Origin: the human T2T-CHM13v2.0 reference genome, Homo sapiens
Reading direction: 5' to 3' (one strand)
Assembly: GCF_009914755.1 (NCBI RefSeq)
Contig: NC_060926.1
DNA: 64,000 bases
A program made the translations under genes and the position numbers. This document shows, piece by piece, positions 56,593 through 64,000 of the stretch. Numbering within the stretch: the first letter of the stretch is position 1; every line of letters begins with the position of its first letter. The notes beneath the pieces are model-generated. The model made no database searches and was not told the origin of the DNA. It saw nothing but the letters and a program-made list of their open reading frames with translations.

Positions 56593-57350
56593 ATCCGTGT
56601 TCCTTTGCATAGGGATAAGGAACATCTTGAGAAAAAGTAATCCAGATTTCTGCCTCACTAAAGATTCACCCTGTTAAAACCTCTGTCAAAAAGTGAAGGT
56701 TTCCAGATAAAACAAATCCCGAAGAGTCATACTAGGGTTTACATGTTCTTAGATGAGGGCTGGTTCTACATGAGCCTGATGTTTACTCCGAAAAACCTGT
56801 CTGACCCAGCCACTTTGACGGAACAGTTCTGCTTTAAGTAAAATGTTTGAGCATGTCAGCATAATCCAGAAGAACTATAATCTTGAGATGCTGATCTTCC
56901 TGATATTTGTTGGAATTATTATTCACAAATGAAATAAAAATGACATTTGCTGGAAAGGTGATTTATTTCCAAAGAGAGTATACCTGAATTTGTAGATATA
57001 TGCCTTTTCCTTTTCAATCTTGTCTATTACATGTTACAGTAGTGATGGGAGCTGAGAAAAAGACAATAATGCTCAAACTTATTCTCTTAATTAAAGTCTA
57101 AAAATGATGCTGATATATAAGATCAATTAACAGATAGAATGCATTTATTCACCATAAAAAAACCTTCTCACCTAGAATAGTATTTCTATGCTCAATTGTT
57201 TTAATATGAAAACTAACTTCACATAATAATAGAATAATCATTCTTTGGTGGATGGACATTATCAAATTGACTATGTCCCACCCCATACTAACTAAATATA
57301 AGTTTATGCATTTAGTGCCTTATAATAAATATATATGTTTTAATTAAAAA

Positions 57351-57376
57351 AATATATATATATATATATACACACA
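57351..57376. repeat. (TA)n(CA)n microsatellite
   Basis: Directly visible. Confidence 0.9.
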
Positions 57377-58359
57377 ACTTCCCTTAACTCAAAAACTTCC
57401 TTAAGGGAAGTTTGCTTTTTGAGCTGGAACTTTCCTCTCTAAACATCCTGAAGAGACCCTGTTTTATTCATCTGATATTTACATTCACACTCCCAGTCTA
57501 GCATACCATTTGGAAAGCACCGATTGAATGCAGAATTAAATTCCTACCATTCATCCTATTTCTACTTACACAAAATATGTCCCTATGGTGTTTTTGTTTG
57601 TCTCATTGGAGATACATAGAACAAATGTAATAACTCTTGAACATGAAAATTCTTCACATATTTTACGGCATCTATTTTGTTCCTATATTCTTAGTGCTCT
57701 TTACTCCAGACTAAACATCTCCAATTTTTATATATTAGGGAATCAATAATCCATACCACCTTGCCATTTGGACTTAGATCAGAGGTTCTTAAGCTGAAGT
57801 CCATAAACATGTAGGAAATTGATCGATGACTTTCAAGGAATGCCTGACATTATATAGAAAATTTATGTGTATGTAATTAAGCATTTTTACTGGGTAAATA
57901 TCTATAGCTTCTTATATACTACCAAATGGGAGACTATCTGTGATTTCTCAAGGATTAAGGTTTACTTCTGGAAAGGTTAAACAGTTTGTCACTGATGATC
58001 TTCAAATGTGGTCCCCAAACTCATATATAATATTGCAGTACAACCTGAGAGAGAACAAAGGAGCTAGTATATACTGGAGTGCGAAGACTTTAGTCAAGAC
58101 ATTTTTCTATCAATGCAAATCTAGCTTCTAGGTGCCTGTATCATTTGATATTTTGAGTTAACACTAAATTTATTTATAAATGAAATCACTAAGTCTTCCA
58201 CCATCCTACACATTGACACCTACATATACATATACACATATACTTGTTATCAAACTGGTTTCCACTGATACTTTTATATCGCTTTTAGTGAGGAAAACTT
58301 TATAAAATTTTATATTTGCACCTGTCAAATTCAATCATGTTAGCCTGAGCCTATCATAG

Positions 58360-58649
<290 letters not shown>

Positions 58650-59283
58650 TCTTGCATCTTATACCTCACATTAATTAACCTTCGGGTTTCCAGTCATTTA
58701 TAAATGTAATAACCATTACTTCTCTCTCATCTTCAAAGGTGTTGGCAAAAATGTGGACAGTTCTGCACTGCTTCATAAGAGGCCTCCCTTCAGGTTTCAT
58801 GAACCCATTAATCCACATTCTTTGGGGGTTTATCAGTCAGGTGCACTGGTGTGTCATACAATGGATATCTCCCCAATGTTTTATAAGACGTACTATAAAA
58901 GACTATAACACCTAAATGAAATTAGAGCTTACAGCATACATTTTCAGCAACATACAATTTGGCTGTCAACACCGAAACTAACATTAGTTTGGACAAAACT
59001 ATACTTACACACTATAATCAATTAGCATACAGTTACCAACTTTTCAAAATTTTGGGTATTCCAGAATATTGACAGCTTGAGATAATCATTAAAAGGAAAT
59101 CATCAATGCAAACAATACATTAATCCATAAGAACTACATGCTTAAAAGTGAGTATTGTAGAATACTCTAAAGTTTATTGTCTTTTAAAATAGAATATCTA
59201 CAGAAATTAGTTTTTAAAGCAACACACCTTCTCCTCTATGACATGGAAACATGCATTTTAAGAAGAAAGAAAAATTTACCCAC

Positions 59284-59338
59284 CTTGATACAATGAGAGC
59301 TTGCTGTGATTCTTTCAATTGCAGAATGAAGTTATTTT
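59284..59338 (-). other. Candidate 55-nt internal exon ((E)NNFILQLKESQQALIVS(R))
   Basis: Minus strand: long T run + AACAG acceptor and AAG|GTGGGT donor; only one frame is open (phase 1 to phase 2). Confidence 0.45.
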
Positions 59339-60729
59339 CTGTTAAAAAAAAAAAACGCAACATATAATTCCTAAATAATTATAGGGATATTGGATTATTT
59401 ATAAAAAAAACCAAAGTTTTATGAATTTCTCAACAGAAACTTATTTTCCTTGTTGAATGATGCATGACTAGAATAAAAAATGATGTTGAAGAAAGAAGCA
59501 CTTACAAATTGATCAAATCAAATATTTTAACTATTAAATTTAATATCACAGATAGTGAAACAATATTTATAAAACTTCAAGCGTGATAATATATAATTCA
59601 TAGATGCCTTATTAATTTTAATAAGATACAGTTTGACTTTTTTGTGTGTAAACTGATGATAAATTTATCCATAAATGTCAAGGATTTTCTAGAGCTACAA
59701 ATAAGAGAGTAGTTTGAATTTTAAGGGGTGGTTCAAGCAAAATAAAAGTGAATAATTCAATAAATAACAAATAGGCAAAATGGGACACATCATTCAAAAT
59801 GTCCGTTTATTAAAAATAAATATGTTGCATGAAGAAAATTTCTTGCCATTTTAGAATTATAAAAGGACACAAAAAAACAAGTTTTAAAGAATAAAATAAA
59901 CTTATTTTGAATACGTTTTATCTAAGTTTTCACGTTTTGTAAAACACGCCTATAATCAAATTAACTTTAATTGCTGTAGAAAAGAGAACATAAATTACTT
60001 CAAAAACGACCTTGGTCTTGCATAGTATATAATTTTATTTGCTGAGATGCAAAACATACATCAGGTGAAAGGGCTGTCATCCAGGTCCTTAACAAAAGAG
60101 AGAGTTGGAGGTACTAAGGTAATAGGAAATAAACGGTGACGATCTAATTACATAGAATATGCTTCACATAGTTTTAGTCTGAGAAATCACTTGAACTGTT
60201 TGGAAAAGCCAAGGACATGTTTTTAGATCAAATAACACCCTTAGAGACATCCTTTTCAAGTCACATCCATCAATATGTGACTGCCTGCTTGCGTGTTCCC
60301 AAATGCATGTGTCCTGCCACCTGAAGAATGGCTAAAATATCTCCATTACCAGAGAGTCCCTTCTCTCTTCCTATTCTTTTGTCCACAGCTGTCAGAGGTG
60401 ATGTATGTATATCTGTTGTTGAATCCTGCTATTACGTTAAGGGTGGAAAAGAGTGGTTCTCTGTAGGTTTTGATATCTGAGGTCATTGGTTTAATTTATT
60501 CATCATTGGATGTGAAGAAAAAAGTCATTGAAATGTGAAGAAAAAATGTGAAGAAAAAAGAGGTAATATATTCTACTGCATAAAAGTTGGGAATCTTCTG
60601 CTTTTGGTCTCACCACTGTTTTTTGTCCTTTGGAGATCAGAGGTGGCAAAAGAGACTGGAGGACATGCTTGAATAACCTGTGTAGTGGGAATGAGAGGTT
60701 TGCACCGCCCCTTACCATTAGCATGCTTA

Positions 60730-61095
60730 TATAAGTAATTTGTGGTGGACCTAAACAATAGCACGCTACTTAGAAATAAATAATGAACTACTGTTACACT
60801 CAATAGCATGGATAAATAAGATGTGATATTTATAACAGATATAAAGACAAGAAAAAGAAGACGGGTACACAAAAATACATACTGTATAATTTTGTATATA
60901 TGAGGTTCAAGAAATGGCAGAATGACTGTAATAGGTAAGAGAGAATCAGGGTTACCATGGGTGAGGAGGATATTCGCTGAGATGGGCAAGAGAGAACATT
61001 TTGCAATGTCTTATATCTTAATTTTGTGGTTATCAGCGTGCGTATACATATAGAAGCTCCTTAAGCTGCACTTCACTATATCATACTTTAATAAA
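60730..61095 (+). mobile_element. L1ME-type 3' UTR fragment
   Basis: gaactactgttacactcaatagcatggataaat...acatactgtataatttt...tatcatactttaataaaa. Confidence 0.75.
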
Positions 61096-61256
61096 ACAGT
61101 TTTCTAAAAGAAATATTAAAATGTTGTAGTACTGTTAAATTTAATATTGTTAAATTTAGTATTGTTATATTGTTATATTTAAAATGTTATATAAATGTAG
61201 GTAGATACAAATCTGCTATTTTACAACTGCTTGTGGATGTATATACCTGTCTAAAG

Positions 61257-61519
61257 CAGGAGTGTCCAATCTTTTGGCTTCCCTGGGCCACGCTGGAAGA
61301 AAAATTATCTTGGATCACACATAAAATACACTAACACTAATGATAGCTGATGAGCTAAAAAAAAAAAAAAAAAAAAGAGAGAAAAAAGAAAAAAGAAAAA
61401 AAAGAAAAACAGGCAAAAAATTTTCATAATGTTTTAAGAAAGTTTATGAATTTGTTGAGCCACATTCAAAGCTGTCCAGGGCCTCATGCAGCCCATGGAC
61501 CATGGGTTGGACAAGCTTG
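61257..61519 (+). mobile_element. MER30 hAT MITE with expanded internal A tract
   Basis: caggagtgtccaatcttttggcttccctgggcc...gggttggacaagcttg; 8-bp TSD gtctaaag/gtgtaaag (7/8). Confidence 0.95.
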
Positions 61520-62190
61520 GTGTAAAGGTTCCTGGTTTTGTTTAAGCTTCTCGTGTTACCTACCTACTTAGTTAAACTACTACCTGAAATGTTTTATATC
61601 TTATTTCTGGTTTCTCATTCATGTCCTGAATATTGTCTGTCTCTTATTTTTCACTTTACTTTTAACTTAAGCTCCCTTTTTTATATTTTGTTACCTAACT
61701 TAAATATCTTTCTTGACATTTCTTAATTTTTGCATTTAACCGAAACTCCACGTCAGTTCAGTTCTAAAAAATGTTATGGAGATTCTGGTTAAGATTCCAG
61801 AAACAGAATTTTAAAATTCTTTCAAAGCCCTCCATTTAAAAACTGGATTAATTTCTATATGCTACAAAAGCCTGTTATGTGGCCTTTGGGTTTCTAGAAA
61901 CCAGTATTTTAATGATTGGGAAACCCACGACTAATAATTAAGAAACAGTCTATAGCATATCTTATAACCTTAAGAAGAAAATTAATAAAACATTTTTATA
62001 AAAGTATAATTTTTAAGAATCTTGGCATTTTAAAATTTATTTTATAGTAAACAATTTTCCTGGCTAGGTGTGTAATTTCTTCATACATGTGAGATGCAGA
62101 TAATGAGCAAGAAAGCAAGGGGAGTGGAATTTCTGCTGAAGAACCCTATAATGTACAGTACATTTCTCCCTCCCCTTCAATCACTTTCAG

Positions 62191-62276
62191 CTTTCACAGA
62201 GGGAGAAAAAATATATAGAAGGAAGACAAGATCCAACCATATGCTGACATTGTTGAAAGACTGTGCTGACATTTTG
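62191..62276 (+). other. Candidate 86-nt exon
   Basis: Long polypyrimidine acceptor (tttctccctccccttcaatcactttcag) and TTG|GTAAGA donor; one frame open. Confidence 0.3.
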
Positions 62277-63346
62277 GTAAGAAAAGTAAGACTTCACCTC
62301 TCAGTTTTATCTTCCCAGAAGGAGAAATCATTTTTCTTTCCTTATGAAATTTATGTTTCCAAGAAGCTATAGTGTTACTTGAAATTTAAAAAAAAATCAA
62401 ATCAAGCTATAATTTTCATATGCCATAATGCATATGTATATTTTTTGTGATGCCAATCTACCCCAAATGACACAGAATTACTGTGTGAGATGTATGTCAT
62501 GTTCATGTCAAAATGGAACCTCTGCCTGGAGAAGTACATACTACCTTTCTAAAAATAATTACCTAAGAAGCAGACTTCTTCTCATGTTTAAAATCTCATG
62601 GTATATGTTCATTCGACCTTCAAATTTCTTGTTTATAAAATCTCTGATGCCATAGGGGAAGTGGGAAATTGGAAAGATATTTTTCTTCTGTTATTTTGAG
62701 TATACACTGCTCATCCCCATCACAAAGAAGCAAAGGGAATTTCGTGTATTTGTGATAATGAAAGAGGTCCTATACTAGTGCTCAAAACGTAAGGCTAGAA
62801 AAAATTTTCATTTTAATGATAATAATAGAGATTATTTTTCTTCACAATTACAGCATTTTAAAATATATACAGAGTATCCACTGTGTACTAACTTTTAGGT
62901 CAGAATGATCATATAACTTTGACTATGATAAGTACAATCTTGGGATGTAATAATATGGAATATTCATTTCCCACAATCACGGAAACAAAAATTTTAGGGT
63001 GATGCCCAACTATTCTAGTATTGGAAGGTCAAAAAGTACATGATACTTGCAAAATGTATAAACATCCAAGAACTAAGATTGGTGAACCTAGAATTTTATA
63101 TGAATTGTTATGATCACTTTTGATGGGTGTCTCATTTACTGGTTATATTGCACAATTTATTAATGCACTGTGTATTCTGAACCATACTTTCCCATTACAA
63201 TATTTAGCCTGAAAATATTCCAGCATAGGTGAAATGGATTTTTCTATTAAGTACTGGAACCCTTTAAAACGAAAAATAGCTTAAGTAGAATTAATTGCAT
63301 TCACAATATCTAGATATTTATATTCCTGTTGAGAATAATATATTAC

Positions 63347-63419
63347 CTAGATATTTAGATTCTCTTAAGTTTTATTTTTCTGGATATCCATTTACTAATC
63401 TTTTTAACAAGATTTGCAC
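63347..63419 (-). other. Candidate 73-nt exon with in-frame stop (VQILLKRLVNGYPEK*NLRESKYL)
   Basis: Minus strand acceptor tttctgtgttttcaaaatcttccctcag and donor TAG|GTAATA; ends in phase 1, matching the 59338 exon. Confidence 0.35.
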
Positions 63420-64000
63420 CTGAGGGAAGATTTTGAAAACACAGAAACATTCCATCAGTTTTAGTGGAGCAACTCTCTATCAACATCTTCTGATTAAAAA
63501 CCTGTATATTTAAACAAAGGTAGAAATAGATGGTAAAAGCTATTAGTGCTGCTTTTTTCCCCTCTACCACTAACACAAGGTCTTTAGGTTTAGCTTGAAG
63601 AGGGATATAAAGATTTAAATGGGATTAAGCAAACCTCTCATTCTGAATAAATTGAAGTGGGCATTGACTTTTTAATTTAATTTAAATTTTGAAATCTCAG
63701 TCACCATATCAACATCAGGAAAGAGCTGTCTCTCTAATCATGTCACTTTGGATAACTTCTAAAACCAAAAGGATATTAAAATAAGTGTTGTGTTTCTAAA
63801 AACATTTGTCTTCAAACATTAAAGTTTAAAAACCTCAAAATATAATACTGCTTTCTTCTTAATTTTTAACTGCATCTTTTGTGAGAGTATTTTTTCTCAC
63901 TCCTATTTATTAAAAACAGACTGATTTTACTGTGGCAGTTAAATTAGCTTGTTTTGTTATTATTAATAATTATTATTATTTTTGACTACTCTAACCACTT

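Noticed and set aside
56984-57051. Minus-strand exon-like segment with a good acceptor and CAG|GTATAC donor
   Set aside because: Stops in all three frames; could only be non-coding and has no other support. It also shows how often exon-like signals arise by chance.
60510-60560. ATGTGAAGAAAAAA three times (also 10-bp tandems at ~7240 and ~15496)
   Set aside because: Ordinary slippage duplications; no spacer architecture, not CRISPR-like.
61335-61420. Long A-rich tract resembling a retro-insertion tail
   Set aside because: Expansion of the native internal A-run of MER30; no TSD.

Overview
AT-rich primate genomic DNA (human or great ape, judged from a young L1PA2-like insertion plus AluJ/AluS, MER11, MSTA and MER30 elements). 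It looks intronic or intergenic. About half of the window is recognisable interspersed repeat: old L1M/L1MA fragments, two L1PA 3' ends, L2, MIR, 12 Alu copies or fragments, MaLR/ERVL/ERVK solo LTRs and hAT MITEs. I see no CpG island, rRNA, tRNA, CRISPR array or recognisable intact gene. The ORFs in the supplied track are L1/Alu/LTR-derived or chance. The main observations are: (1) a ~300-bp non-repeat segment duplicated in inverted orientation ~27 kb apart, one copy interrupted by a twin-primed L1PA2-like insertion; (2) a phase-compatible chain of minus-strand exon candidates (63419-63347, 59338-59284, possibly 9538-9379) with one in-frame stop, a possible decayed gene or lncRNA; (3) a tail-only poly(A) retro-insertion with TSD; (4) a probable mRNA 3'-end retrocopy containing a hairpin; (5) a 37-bp templated copy beside an L1 deletion breakpoint. 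Subfamily names come from recalled consensus motifs, not a database search, and boundaries of the older repeats are approximate.
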